Assembly (NCBI GenBank): GCA_963665095.1
Contig: OY762069.1
Coordinates: 3,296,001 to 3,360,000, forward strand
From: an uncultured Desulfobacter sp.
GTDB taxonomy: Bacteria; Desulfobacterota; Desulfobacteria; Desulfobacterales; Desulfobacteraceae
Direction of reading: 5' to 3'
Length of the DNA stretch: 64,000 nt
Part shown: positions 1 through 10,398 of the stretch, in pieces
Numbering within the stretch: position 1 is the first letter of the stretch
Layout of the letters: every line of letters starts with the position of its first letter
Notes under the pieces: model-generated
What the model saw: only the letters and a program-made list of their open reading frames with translations
What the model was told of the DNA's origin: nothing
The model's database searches: none
Program-made: the position numbers and the translations under genes

Positions 1-89
1 AAAATTTCCCGGGGAATAGCCAGATCCTGGCCAATAAAAACCAGTTTGTCCTGCCCCTTTCCAGCGTATGCGACCTGCTGCCATTTCCC

Positions 90-734
90 TTACACATAAT
101 CGCTTTTGACGCGCTCCCCGTCATTCATGGTGACGATGTACTTTGCCCTGAATACTTTGCCGTATATCCCCCTGGCCAGGGAGGTAAAAACGGATTGCAG
201 CGCTTCTTGGGCAACCGGTTTGGACGGATGACGGGCAATGGCAGCAAGGTCCGCCTGACTGCCTTCCTCACTTTCAAGATGGCTGAGCAGGATCACATGG
301 GCGGTTTCAATCTGATCCTTATAAAGCGCACCGCCCATCTCTTTAAAAACCGGGAACATGGTTATGTCTATAATGGTGATCACTGAATTGATCTGGGCCA
401 GGCTTTCCCGGAGGGCCTCATTACAGGCCCGGACAATCTCGTTGGGACGGCATAGGCCCGTGGGTTCGATCAATATCCTTGACGGATGCAGCTCCTTGAT
501 CATCTGGCGGATGGCAACGACAAAATCGCCATACAGGGTGCAGCAGATGCACCCGGAGGTGATCTCTTTGACATGGGTATCAAATCCGGACAGAAGCTCG
601 CCGTCAATACCTGTTTCGCCACATTCATTTTCTATGATGACCACTTTTTCATCAAACGCTTCTGTGAGCATCTTGTTGATCCAGGTGGTTTTACCTGCAC
701 CAAGGGATTCTGCGATAATGTCAATTTTTACCAT
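90..734 (-). pseudogene. CobW/COG0523-family GTP-binding metallochaperone, degenerate and shortened
   Basis: LGAGKTT Walker A (upstream part altered to AESLG), IIENE, GCICC, IEPTG motifs; only 214 aa with apparent internal deletion before the C-terminal R-x-K motif. Confidence 0.7.
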
Positions 735-737
735 AAG

Positions 738-1565
738 TTACTCCAGACAGGCTGAAATCATTGCATCAATGTTTTCAGGCTTTGTGTTATGGGGAAGTGT
801 GCAGGCCCCGCTCATGATAAACCCCTCAGGGCCGAAATCGTTTATCTGTTTTTTTGCCTCTTTGTATACATCATCCGGGCTTCCCACAGACATGAGCGCC
901 GGGCTAAGATTGGCCGTCATGCATATATGGCCGCCCAGGATCTCTTTGATCTTATAAATGTCTGTGAACCCGTCACTGTCAAAAATGCACCGATGGGCCG
1001 GGAACTCCTTGAAATAGTCAAGCATCGGGGTCCAGTTGGCGTCCATATGGAAGAAGGGCATGCCCCCCACTTCCAGAACGGCGTTGGCTTCGGTCATCAC
1101 ATCAAGGGTCTCCTTAACCTTGTCCGGCATGCGGTGCACATCACGGATAAAGCCGGTAATGCCACGGCCGGCGTACAGACAATCATAAATAATGGGGCCC
1201 ATCATCGGGGTCATATTCACGCAGTCAAGTTCCCTTAGCCTGTCATCGGTATAGGGCATGTACTCAACCATTGCCATGAGATCTTCTTCGGTGAGATCCA
1301 GGTAGGTTTCAAAATAATATTTCTGGTAGTATTTCCATCCCCTGGAAAGGATGATGTCGTAATCTTCAGGCTTCATGCAGGCGACTTCTTCAATCTGCCA
1401 GCAGTCTGTGGGTGCCAGCTCATGGCCGGGCATTCTGGCCTTGGACATCCACACAGCGCCTGATCCTTTGCCGGGCGCAAAGCCCAGGACGCTGACCGCA
1501 TCCACATGTTTCATCTGCTTTAAGGCATCAAAACAGCGATCAAGTGCCCAGGGAAATTTGTCCAC
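738..1565 (-). CDS. Uroporphyrinogen decarboxylase-family (MtaA/CmuA-like corrinoid methyltransferase) protein, possibly internally deleted
   Basis: C-terminal GHICMTANLSP...GFIMSGACTLPHNTKPENIDAM typical of URO-D fold; adjacent to corrinoid protein; short at 275 aa. Confidence 0.7.
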   Translation of the reverse strand: MDKFPWALDRCFDALKQMKHVDAVSVLGFAPGKGSGAVWMSKARMPGHELAPTDCWQIEEVACMKPEDYDIILSRGWKYYQKYYFETYLDLTEEDLMAMVEYMPYTDDRLRELDCVNMTPMMGPIIYDCLYAGRGITGFIRDVHRMPDKVKETLDVMTEANAVLEVGGMPFFHMDANWTPMLDYFKEFPAHRCIFDSDGFTDIYKIKEILGGHICMTANLSPALMSVGSPDDVYKEAKKQINDFGPEGFIMSGACTLPHNTKPENIDAMISACLE

Positions 1566-1706
1566 GTAATCTGCCGGGACCGCGTCCGGTTCAACATAAT
1601 GAAGAAATGCAAAGTCTCCCGAAAGAAAAATGGGGGTACGATCGGTCTTTTCGCCCCGGACCGCTTTTTCAATACGCTCTTTTCCACTGATAGTCTCACC
1701 CGTGAT

Positions 1707-2336
1707 CTACACCCCCATAAACGCTTTGGCTTTAACAACACCGTCCTGGGCGCTGTTGCAGAAAGCATCCGCACCTGTGTGTTCCCGAACCTGCTCATTG
1801 ATTGGCCCACCGCCAATCATGACCATTTTGCCTTGGGTCAAGCCTTCAGCGCGAAGGGCATCCACGGTGGTCTTCATACTGTTGAATGCCGTGGTTAAAA
1901 GACAGGAAAGTCCGATGATATCAGGGTTGTTCTTTTTAACCTCGTCCACAAACACGTCAGATTTTACGTTGATGCCGATATCAACCACTTTAAATCCGTT
2001 GGACTGCAGCAAAGATCCTGCGATGTTTTTGCCAATGTCATGGATATCGCCTTCAACCGTGCCAATCAGAAAAGTCCCTGCGCTGCTTTTCTCTTCAGCG
2101 CCTGTGTCATCTCCGCCCATGGCCTCAACTGCCTCTTTGAAAGTTTCTCCGGAAATAATCAGTTCGGACAGAAAATAGTTGCCAGCTTCAAATCCGCGCC
2201 CGACATCGGTCATGCCTTTCTGCAGTTCTTCCAGCACCATAGCCGGTGCAACACCTGAATCCAGTGCAGATCGGATTTCAGGAAAGAGAAGATCCTCTTT
2301 TAAATCAGCCATGGCGTTATAAAGTTTGTCACCCAC
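1707..2336 (-). CDS. Cobalamin-binding corrinoid protein (methyltransferase cognate)
   Basis: GDIHDIGKN B12-binding motif, IGLSCLLT, MIGGGP; GTG start at 2336 preceded by GAGG. Confidence 0.9.
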   Translation of the reverse strand: MGDKLYNAMADLKEDLLFPEIRSALDSGVAPAMVLEELQKGMTDVGRGFEAGNYFLSELIISGETFKEAVEAMGGDDTGAEEKSSAGTFLIGTVEGDIHDIGKNIAGSLLQSNGFKVVDIGINVKSDVFVDEVKKNNPDIIGLSCLLTTAFNSMKTTVDALRAEGLTQGKMVMIGGGPINEQVREHTGADAFCNSAQDGVVKAKAFMGV

Positions 2337-2612
2337 TTGTAAAACCTCACTTTTGTTAATCTGTTCGGGGGGTAGTCGCTCATATTCTGAATTGATCAGA
2401 ACAAAATTTTGCCAGTTGCTGCCAGAACAGCACGATCTGTACCAGTTTAAAAATGATATCAGAGCCTCACCTATGAACAATTAAAGGTAATTTATTGTAA
2501 TTATGAAAAAACAACACGGTTAGAAATGACACAGCACCAAAGGAAAACAATGATATCCGGTTCATTTGCTGAAATCCGGTGATATAAAACATCAAAAAGT
2601 ACGTTACAAATT

Positions 2613-3929
2613 CAGTAGTGTCCGGTTAGGTTGTTGCATATAAAAAACATCTAAAATTATTCAAAAAAACGTCATTTTTATGTTGACAAATGTGCGTAAA
2701 AATTTTTGCGCGCCTTGAAAAATTTTATCAAGGAGCCCAAATGACGCGCATTTCAATTACCAAAGCCACAATACAGTCCCTGAATTTTGACAAGTTTCGT
2801 GACCCTCTGATAAGGTCGTTTCCAAAAGCACCAGAATTGAAATCTCGAGGAGACCGACCGTTAAAAATGACATTCGAAGACCAGATAAATGCCCTGATTT
2901 ATTTCCATCTGCAGGAACACAAATCAGCCCGGCATTTAGTCCAAGATCTCAAGGAAAATATTTTTGCCAAAGAACATATTGCTCCGGAAGGCGGTATCAG
3001 CCGCAGTAGCTTTTGCGAAGCAGTCAACCACCGAGGGCTTGAACAACTGCAATTTTTGTTCGAAGACCTTTATAAACAGGCTGTTGGGTGTCTACCAAAG
3101 GAGCATGCTGAGTTGGGCGATCTGGTATCCATTGACGGCAGTCTTATAAATGCTGTTCTTTCAATGCATTGGGCCAACTACAGGAAAGGAAGCAAGAAAG
3201 CCAAAGCACATTGCGGATTTGATATTAATCACGGCATTCCAAACAAAATATTTTTGACAGAGGGCAGTGGAGCTGAGCGTCCTTTTGTTCCAAAGATACT
3301 TTCCAAAGGGCAAACCGGTGTCATGGATCGTGGTTATCAATCACATCACGATTTTGATCTGCTTCAGGCGCAGGGCAAGCATTTTGTTTGCCGTATAAAA
3401 GCCAAAACAACCAGAACGGTAATTGATACTCACGAAGTCAACGCTGACAGTTACATCTTTTATGACGCGCTGGTTCTTCTTGGCACTCCGAATCAAAACC
3501 AGACGAAAATGCCGGTTCGGGTTGTTGGCTATAAAATTGCCGGTGTGAAATACTATGTGGCAACGGACAGGCATGATTTAACAGCAGAACAAATAGCGAC
3601 CGTTTATAAACTCCGGTGGACCATTGAAGATTTTTTCAAATGGTGGAAAGAGCACCTAAAAGTTTACCACCTCATTGCCCGTAGTGAATATGGCCTCATG
3701 GTGCAAATCCTTAGTGGCCTCATCACGTACCTGTTGCTGGCAATCTATTGCCGAAACGAATTTAACGAGAAGGTTTCTGTTAAAAGGGTTCGACAGCTAA
3801 GAACAGCCATCTTGAATGATCTGATCGAGCAGAACCAGGGTGCGACTGAGGGTTTAAACAGAGACAATATTGTCAAAGATCAAAAAATCACAAGTACAGC
3901 GTTAGCAAAAACATAACCGGACACTACTG
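2613..3929 (+). mobile_element. IS4-family element, copy 1 (no target duplication)
   Basis: Terminal IR CAGTAGTGTCCGGTTA / TAACCGGACACTACTG; near-identical to 58828-60144; flanks do not match each other. Confidence 0.92.
2741..3916 (+). CDS. IS4-family DDE transposase
   Basis: SIDGS, MDRGY, YKLRWTIE motifs; ATG 2741 after AGGAG. Confidence 0.92.
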   Translation: MTRISITKATIQSLNFDKFRDPLIRSFPKAPELKSRGDRPLKMTFEDQINALIYFHLQEHKSARHLVQDLKENIFAKEHIAPEGGISRSSFCEAVNHRGLEQLQFLFEDLYKQAVGCLPKEHAELGDLVSIDGSLINAVLSMHWANYRKGSKKAKAHCGFDINHGIPNKIFLTEGSGAERPFVPKILSKGQTGVMDRGYQSHHDFDLLQAQGKHFVCRIKAKTTRTVIDTHEVNADSYIFYDALVLLGTPNQNQTKMPVRVVGYKIAGVKYYVATDRHDLTAEQIATVYKLRWTIEDFFKWWKEHLKVYHLIARSEYGLMVQILSGLITYLLLAIYCRNEFNEKVSVKRVRQLRTAILNDLIEQNQGATEGLNRDNIVKDQKITSTALAKT

Positions 3930-4511
3930 AACCAAACATCTTTTTTTGACGGTTTTTATAAAAATTATCAGATAGTCGGGTACAAATTTCATGCGTTTTT
4001 TCCAGAACCAGATCAAGAGGCAAATCAGTCTGGAATTGTGTCGGATTTCCCAAAAACAATCCTGCACATCTCAACTCTTCTTCTATTGTCCTAATGTCTC
4101 TAACTCCACCTTGAAAGCCGCTTGTGACTTTTATGTAGTTGATGCCCAACATCTCTATAAAATTCACTAATCCAGGGAAAAATTGATGGGTATTTTTAGG
4201 AATAGTCATATGAAAAGGCATCCCATAAAACGATTGGGTTTTTTTTTACGCCAGGCGTTGAACAGAAATTCGTGAATTGGGATTATTGTGTCATTCGTGC
4301 ATATCTCCCAGTAAACCAGCCCACTGAAATGATCTCTGATCAGGAAATGGATGATATGTGTTTTCTTCTGATTTTTATAATCCCCAAGTTTTATATCAAA
4401 AGGTTTCTTTTGATATTTCAAGATCCCCTTGCGCGTAACATAAAAATGCTTTGACGGGGTTACAATAAGTTGGTGCACTTCATTGGAATGACGGGATTGG
4501 TAGCGCTTCAT
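3930..4511 (-). pseudogene. Hypothetical cassette gene, frameshifted in a 9-A run (~4240) and truncated by IS4
   Basis: ORFs 4206-4511 and 3880-4221 join through the homopolymer; start overlaps the rhuM stop (ATGA). Confidence 0.55.
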
Positions 4512-4996
4512 TGATCAATACGCCCTTGCTCATTTGTCTGAATTTTTTCTTCGAGTTGTTTTAATTCTTCTATGTCTTCGTTATCTGCCTGGATGGCTTC
4601 ATAAGCCTTCCGTTTGTTATCAAACAATTGATAAATTTGTTTTACCTTTTCTTTCATAGCCGAACTGCTGACTTTTCCCTTTCCGGTGAGCAGGGGTTGT
4701 TCATTGAATTCCAAAATTCTGTCCACATTTTCTTGCCAAAATTTCATAGTGATATCGATCCTGTTTTTTGCCCTTAACTCTGCGGTTTCAAGAAAGATGA
4801 CAACTGTAGATTCCCGAAATAACCTGAACAAAAACCCGCCAAATTTTTCATATTAAATTGACAAAGTTCCATTTTTCTCAAATTATCCTGTACAGGTTCT
4901 GATCAAAGCATTCTGACAAAAATGAAAAGGGCGAAAAGCTTTGCAGAGCCTCGCCCTTAAGACCGGGATTTATAAAATCCCAAAACAACCATAAAA

Positions 4997-5443
4997 ATGA
5001 TAATAAAGGTCAAAGCTGATATCAAGCAAATTTTCAAGCAGGGCAAAAATTTTACATGGCCAAAACCGTCACGATGTCCACATTGCAACGACTCCAGGCT
5101 GTGGGGACACGGCTTTGTACTCTCCTTTTTTGATGGATTTGATCAAGGGGTGTATTTGAAGCGATATCGCTGCCCCTATTGCAAAACCGTATTCAAATTG
5201 AAGCCATATGGTTTTTTCAAGAGGTTCCAGGCCAGTATCTGGCAAATCCTTACCAGCATTATGAGTCGTCTATACACAGACCGGTATCTGCCGGAACTCT
5301 CCTGGAGTCGACAGCATTTTTGGTTTACTGCATTGAAACGAAATATAGCGGCCTACCTGTCCAACAGTTGGGACAAAGGTGTGGTTGCTGGTTTTATCAA
5401 GCTAATCGGTATGGGTAAAATCCCGGTTACCAGTTCAATTTAA
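4997..5443 (+). CDS. Zn-finger accessory protein (DUF6431-like) of transposon A
   Basis: CPHC...CPYC motifs; identical in copy 2. Confidence 0.75.
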   Translation: MIIKVKADIKQIFKQGKNFTWPKPSRCPHCNDSRLWGHGFVLSFFDGFDQGVYLKRYRCPYCKTVFKLKPYGFFKRFQASIWQILTSIMSRLYTDRYLPELSWSRQHFWFTALKRNIAAYLSNSWDKGVVAGFIKLIGMGKIPVTSSI

Positions 5444-5546
5444 CCATGGGGCTGGATCAGGGTTAAACCACCCTACCGAAGGCTGTGATTTACCGAAGGA
5501 TCATACTGTCATACAAGCCCTTAGAACCAAATTTTAAGGAGGAAGT

Positions 5547-6803
5547 ATGACAGAAAATCAGAAAAAAGAGGTTGCCGTGTTCAGGTTTGGGGTCATTTGT
5601 GAATTTGTGACCGGAACAAATTTTGATTACGGTGAAAAAGAACGAATTTTACAGCAGAAGTGCGCCCGCAAATGGTCCATCCCGTATTCTGGAAGGACCA
5701 GGCTTTCCAGAAGTACGATTCTGGGATGGGTCCGGCAGTATAACGGTCGAATAGAGTCTCTTTACCCCAAAGACCGTTCAGACCAGGGAAAATCAAGGGT
5801 ATTCGATGACGAGACTGCATCTCAACTAATCAAACTCCGGTTAGACCAGCCTGATGCGACAGTCGATACATTGATCTGTTCACTTCAAAAAACTACATGC
5901 CAGACATACAGTCCATCCAGTGTATACCGTTTTTTACGCGGCCGGGGGCTAATGAACACGGCCCGGCCAGAGGATAGAAGAAAGTTTGAAGCCCCGCACC
6001 CCAATGATATGTGGCAAAGCGACGTCATGCACGGCCCTACAGTCCTGGTTCAGGATAAGCAAAGAAAAACGTACCTGATTGCCATTATGGACGATCATTC
6101 CAGGCTGGTTACGGCTGCAGGTTTTTATTTATCTGAGAATCTGAAGACCTATCTTATGGTGCTGGAGCAGGCTTTTTTGAGCCGTGGGCTTCCCCGCAAG
6201 CTGTATGTAGATAACGGTCCTGCGTTCAGATCCCATCATTTAAAATATGTAGCAGCGTCTCTGTCCATCGCTTTAATCCATGCAAGGCCATATAAGCCCC
6301 AGGGGAAAGGTAAAATCGAGCGCTGGTTCAGAACGGTTCGGCTTCAGTTTCTGCAAAGATTTACAGGTAAGACCCTGGATGATCTGAATGGGGCATTTGA
6401 GAAGTGGCTTCATAATGAGTACCATCAGCGTAAAAACAGCTCCACAGGCGAATCACCGTTTAAAAGATTTACCTCGGCCATGGAGTGCATCCGTACCGCC
6501 CCACCGGATCTGAAAGACCACTTCCGCAAAACCGCCCGGCGCAAGGTGGCAAAGGACCGAACCATCACCCTTGACGGCAACATGTTTGAGGCCCCGGTTG
6601 CGCTGATCGGCAGACATGTGGATGTAAAGTACCATGAGGACACCCCTTTGCAGGCTGAAGTTATCTATAAAGCAAAGTCTTATGGCTTGTTAACCCCGGT
6701 GGACCTTGCTGTGAACTGTCGGGTCAAGCGGCACCGCTGGAACGAAAATGATATCCGGATTATGCCTGAACCCTCAAATTACAAGGGAGGGCAACTGTTA
6801 TGA
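5547..6803 (+). CDS. DDE (rve/Mu-like) transposase
   Basis: WQSD, DDHSR, YVDNG, GKIERW motifs. Confidence 0.92.
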   Translation: MTENQKKEVAVFRFGVICEFVTGTNFDYGEKERILQQKCARKWSIPYSGRTRLSRSTILGWVRQYNGRIESLYPKDRSDQGKSRVFDDETASQLIKLRLDQPDATVDTLICSLQKTTCQTYSPSSVYRFLRGRGLMNTARPEDRRKFEAPHPNDMWQSDVMHGPTVLVQDKQRKTYLIAIMDDHSRLVTAAGFYLSENLKTYLMVLEQAFLSRGLPRKLYVDNGPAFRSHHLKYVAASLSIALIHARPYKPQGKGKIERWFRTVRLQFLQRFTGKTLDDLNGAFEKWLHNEYHQRKNSSTGESPFKRFTSAMECIRTAPPDLKDHFRKTARRKVAKDRTITLDGNMFEAPVALIGRHVDVKYHEDTPLQAEVIYKAKSYGLLTPVDLAVNCRVKRHRWNENDIRIMPEPSNYKGGQLL

Positions 6804-7609
6804 GTGAAATGTATCGCACCTTTTTTGGCTTATCCAGGGAGGCCTTCCCGGCGCAGATAGAAATTAATGATATCCTGGTTACCCCGGAGGTCTCGGGCGT
6901 TAAAAATCGGATTGATTATTCCTTAAGACTTGGCTGCAGTGCGGTTATCACAGGGGATGTGGGCAGCGGAAAGTCCACCGCCTTAAGGTATGCCGCCTCA
7001 TCCCTACACCCTTCGGAATACAAAGTCTTTTATGTTACGGCCTCAAGCGGTTCCATCATGGAACTTTACCGGCAGATTGTTGAAGAACTGGGCATAGAGC
7101 GGACATCGACGTCCCGCGCTGTTATGATCTCCATTATTAAAAATGAAATACGTGAATTCGTCCTGGGAAAAAAGATCAAAACCGTTTTGATTATAGATGA
7201 GGCATCTCTGCTTCGCATGGAAGTCTTTGCCGAACTTCACACCCTGGTTCAATTTGAAAAAGACGCCATGCCCTGGCTGCCTGTGATCCTTGCAGGTCAG
7301 CCGACATTGATAGATAAGCTTCAGTACCGGACGTCAATCCCGTTTGCATCCAGGATTGTGGCTAAAAGCCATCTGGATGGTCTGGATGTGGCTGGAATGA
7401 AAACTTACCTGATCCATCATTTAAAACTATGCGGCGTTGACACCAACTTTTTTTCTGACCAGGCGGTGACTGCGATTCATCAAGGCTCCGGCGGCCTTTT
7501 ACGAAAGGCGAATAATCTTGCCAGAGGCTCATTGATTGCTGCTGCGGCAGAAAAATCAATGACGGTATCTGCAGAGCATGTCCGCATTGCTTCATCGGAG
7601 ATTTTTTAA
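6800..7609 (+). CDS. ExeA-like AAA ATPase (transposition helper)
   Basis: GDVGSGKS Walker A, LIIDEA Walker B, ILAGQP. Confidence 0.88.
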   Translation: MSEMYRTFFGLSREAFPAQIEINDILVTPEVSGVKNRIDYSLRLGCSAVITGDVGSGKSTALRYAASSLHPSEYKVFYVTASSGSIMELYRQIVEELGIERTSTSRAVMISIIKNEIREFVLGKKIKTVLIIDEASLLRMEVFAELHTLVQFEKDAMPWLPVILAGQPTLIDKLQYRTSIPFASRIVAKSHLDGLDVAGMKTYLIHHLKLCGVDTNFFSDQAVTAIHQGSGGLLRKANNLARGSLIAAAAEKSMTVSAEHVRIASSEIF

Positions 7610-7640
7610 GAAAAAACAGCCATAGAGCAGAATATTACGA

Positions 7641-7814
7641 TTTCGGTGAAACGGAGCCGGGCTCTGCTGAGGAGCAACCTGGTAAGGGATAGCCGGAAGC
7701 AGGCAGCATTGAATAATGCGCCAGGGGAAGTGGGGATTACCTGCTTCCCCTTTCTGCTTTATTCAAGCTGTTCTGCCTATGCCTTAAAAACCTACTGAGA
7801 AGGAGCGCAGCGAC
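7641..7814 (+). ncRNA. Candidate structured RNA at the 3' end of transposon A (also 41934-42107)
   Basis: High similarity and compensatory changes relative to 27403-27583 in the unrelated transposon B. Confidence 0.5.
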
Positions 7815-8664
7815 TTCTGTAGCTGTCTTAAATAATATGGAAAAGATTTAATCTGTTCAAAATAATTAGAAAATTTAAGTCAGGATAAAATGCGACTCAA
7901 CAACAACCAGTCGGTTCAAGGTGTCGATTTCATCTGTGTTCAGGTAATTTTTAGCAATAAAAATATCCTGTTTCCTCACCACACTGCTTTTCCAGGATGT
8001 CAACGCCATATTGGGTTTGTCTGCATCTGCTCGGTCTAATACGATTTCTGCAGCAGTCTGACCGGTAACTGCAAAGAGTAATTTATTCTGGGTTTCGGCA
8101 AAAAACATCTGGGTGGCTTTATCAGTCTTGTCATAGTCACTGCTTAAGGCAAATAGATCCCGCACCTTCTGATAAAATCGCTTTTCAGAAGCGCGGATTT
8201 CGCGAATACGCTCCAGGAGTTCATCAAAATAATCAGGTCTTCCATCAGGATTTTTTAGGCGTTCATCATCCATGACAAAGCCCTTGATCATATATTCTTT
8301 CAGGTTCTGGTTTGCCCAGATCCTAAATTGGGTACCTCTTTTGCTACGGACTCTGAATCCGATTGCCAGAACCATATCCAATGCGTAAAATGCCACATTA
8401 TAGTCCTTGCCGTCGGCAGCAGTTGTAAAGTAATTCTTTACAACTGAATTTTCCTCTAATTCCCCTTCTTTCAATATGTTGGAGATATGTTGGCCGATAT
8501 TTTGTTTGGAGGTGTCAAAAAGTTGGGCGATTTGATTTTGATTCATCCAAGCCATGCCGTCTTTGGCATATAACGAGACAGATGCTTTGCCGTCTCTGGT
8601 ATTATAAATAATAATATTTTGTTGGTTGTCTTCCATTATCAATCCTCTTGTACCTGCTTTATCA

Positions 8665-8749
8665 ATCTAACTCACCAACATCAGAATTTATAATAGATAA
8701 TACGTCTTGTAAAAACTGTTGCGGTCCACTGAAAAAAAATTTGTTAGCC
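8665..8749 (-). other. Degenerate attC-like junction between hamB and rhuM
   Basis: GGCTAAC overlapping the hamB stop and GTTAGAT upstream of rhuM, but little internal dyad symmetry. Confidence 0.4.
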
Positions 8750-9663
8750 CAATATTTCATTCATGCGCTCCTGGAAATAGCTTGGGTATTTCTCCATCAC
8801 CGCTCTGGCTCGGTCCCGATTTTGTCTTAGCGCTTTGACGAGATCCTTTTTTTGAGTCGCCGTCAGTTTCATAGATGCGATGAGATCCTGAGAGATGATC
8901 CGGTCTGAAAAACCAAGCTCATAAAGAGCGATAGCAGTTTCCGTTGGCAGGCCATATTTAAGGCGCTTTTGGAAAAGTTGTAGACGATTTATTGAATCGC
9001 CTGTTCCGTCACGCTCCAATATTTCTACAAATTCACAAACGGCACTCACAAGAAGAGCACCATCATAGGCAATGCCGCCCTCGCAGATATCAATAATGTT
9101 CTCGAGTTTGACTTTTCTGGGTCTCTTTCCTTTACCAAGCCTACATTTATTCTTATCGGCAATTAGGAAAAGCTCATGAAACTGAGTCCCAAACATCCAC
9201 TTCTTTGTGATATCTTTCAGGATATTTTTCTTGTCGAACTTATTGAAGGCCCTGTTGTGGATATGACGCTCTATTAATGGCCAAGTGATCTCAAAAAGCT
9301 CCTCTTCACTTTGAGCGGCAAGCAATGTATCTGCATTATCTTTTACCCACGTCTCAATATTTATGGCATCGTTAACACCATAGAGTGTTTTACCAAACGC
9401 TTTCCTGCGATTAATATCGGTAATGTATTTTGAGATATTGTCAGCCAGTACCTTGAACAGCTTTAGTATCTGCTCACGCTTTTCCTCGTCGGCCAAAAAA
9501 TATGCTAAAGTTTGTTCTGCCAACTCAGCAATATCCGCTTCCGAAAGAGTACTCTCACCTATATTGTCAGGCGGGGCGTGAACATGTCATAAATCTCCCG
9601 GTTTAAAAATGTAGGCGATTAAAGGGCCGGCCTCCAGATGCATGTAGACCGGCCTCGGCTTTG

Positions 9664-10398
9664 TTATTCTTCCGTCACATCTTTCATTCTAAAACTCTTA
9701 CCCTCAATGACCACAGGCTCGGTGTGGTGAAGAAGCCTGTCCAGCAAAGCTGATGTTAATGTCATGTCATTGTTGAAGATCTCCGGCCAATCTTTGAACA
9801 CCCGGTTTGTGGTTATTATGATGGCTCCTTGCTCATAGCGCTGACTGATAATTTGGAACAACAGGTCTGCCCCAATCTTGTCAATGGGCAGGTAGCCCAG
9901 TTCATCCATGATCAACAAAGTTGGCTTGAGGTATTTTCTCAGTTCCTGCTTTAACTGACCCGCCTTCTGGGCTGCCACCAGATTGTTGACGATATCAATG
10001 GCAGAAGAGAACAGAACCGTATGGTTTTTCAGGCAGGCCTGGTAACCTAAAGCAGTCGCAATATGTGTTTTCCCAACACCGACCGGGCCGATCACGATAA
10101 TGTTACCCTTTTCTTCAATGAACTTGAGTCTGAACAGATTCTGGATCTGAGCCTGATTGATTTTTCTGGGCCATGACCAGTTGAACTGGTCCAGGGTTTT
10201 GATTACCGGGAACTTGGCCATACGGATACGGCGCTGGATGGTTTTATCATGGCGCAGTAGTGATTCATGCCTGGCAAGCTCTGATAGATATTGAACGTGG
10301 CTCCATTGCTTCTGGGCAGCCAGGGTAGCCACTGACTCATAGTTTTCCCTGATATAAGGTAGTTTTAAGTGGGACAGGCATTTCTCAAGATCAGGCAT
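9664..10398 (-). CDS. istB: IS21 helper ATPase IstB
   Basis: GPVGVGKTH, MDELGY, LDRLLHH motifs. Confidence 0.95.
   Translation of the reverse strand: MPDLEKCLSHLKLPYIRENYESVATLAAQKQWSHVQYLSELARHESLLRHDKTIQRRIRMAKFPVIKTLDQFNWSWPRKINQAQIQNLFRLKFIEEKGNIIVIGPVGVGKTHIATALGYQACLKNHTVLFSSAIDIVNNLVAAQKAGQLKQELRKYLKPTLLIMDELGYLPIDKIGADLLFQIISQRYEQGAIIITTNRVFKDWPEIFNNDMTLTSALLDRLLHHTEPVVIEGKSFRMKDVTEE

Larger units (their letters stand above)
4805..7902 (+). mobile_element. Three-gene transposon type A (Zn-finger protein, DDE transposase, ExeA-like AAA ATPase), copy 1
   Basis: TGT...ACA ends, 3098 bp, 5-bp target duplication ACAAC; second copy at 39098-42195. Confidence 0.92.
4508..8642 (-). pseudogene. 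rhuM: Virulence RhuM-family protein interrupted by transposon 4805-7902
   Basis: RVRSKRGTQFRIWA, GFVMDDERLK, IRASEKRFYQKVRD motifs; removing the element and one ACAAC copy restores ...LNRLVVIFLETAE... Confidence 0.88.

Noticed and set aside
195..2258. Plus-strand ORFs overlapping the corrinoid genes, and similar short antisense ORFs across IS and intron genes
   Set aside because: Shadow frames of well-supported opposite-strand genes with no recognisable motifs.
7645..7695. Hammerhead ribozyme (GAAAC plus CTGAGGA in transposon A)
   Set aside because: The homologous motif in transposon B reads CTGGGGA, and those bases form a covarying tetraloop hairpin rather than the hammerhead core.
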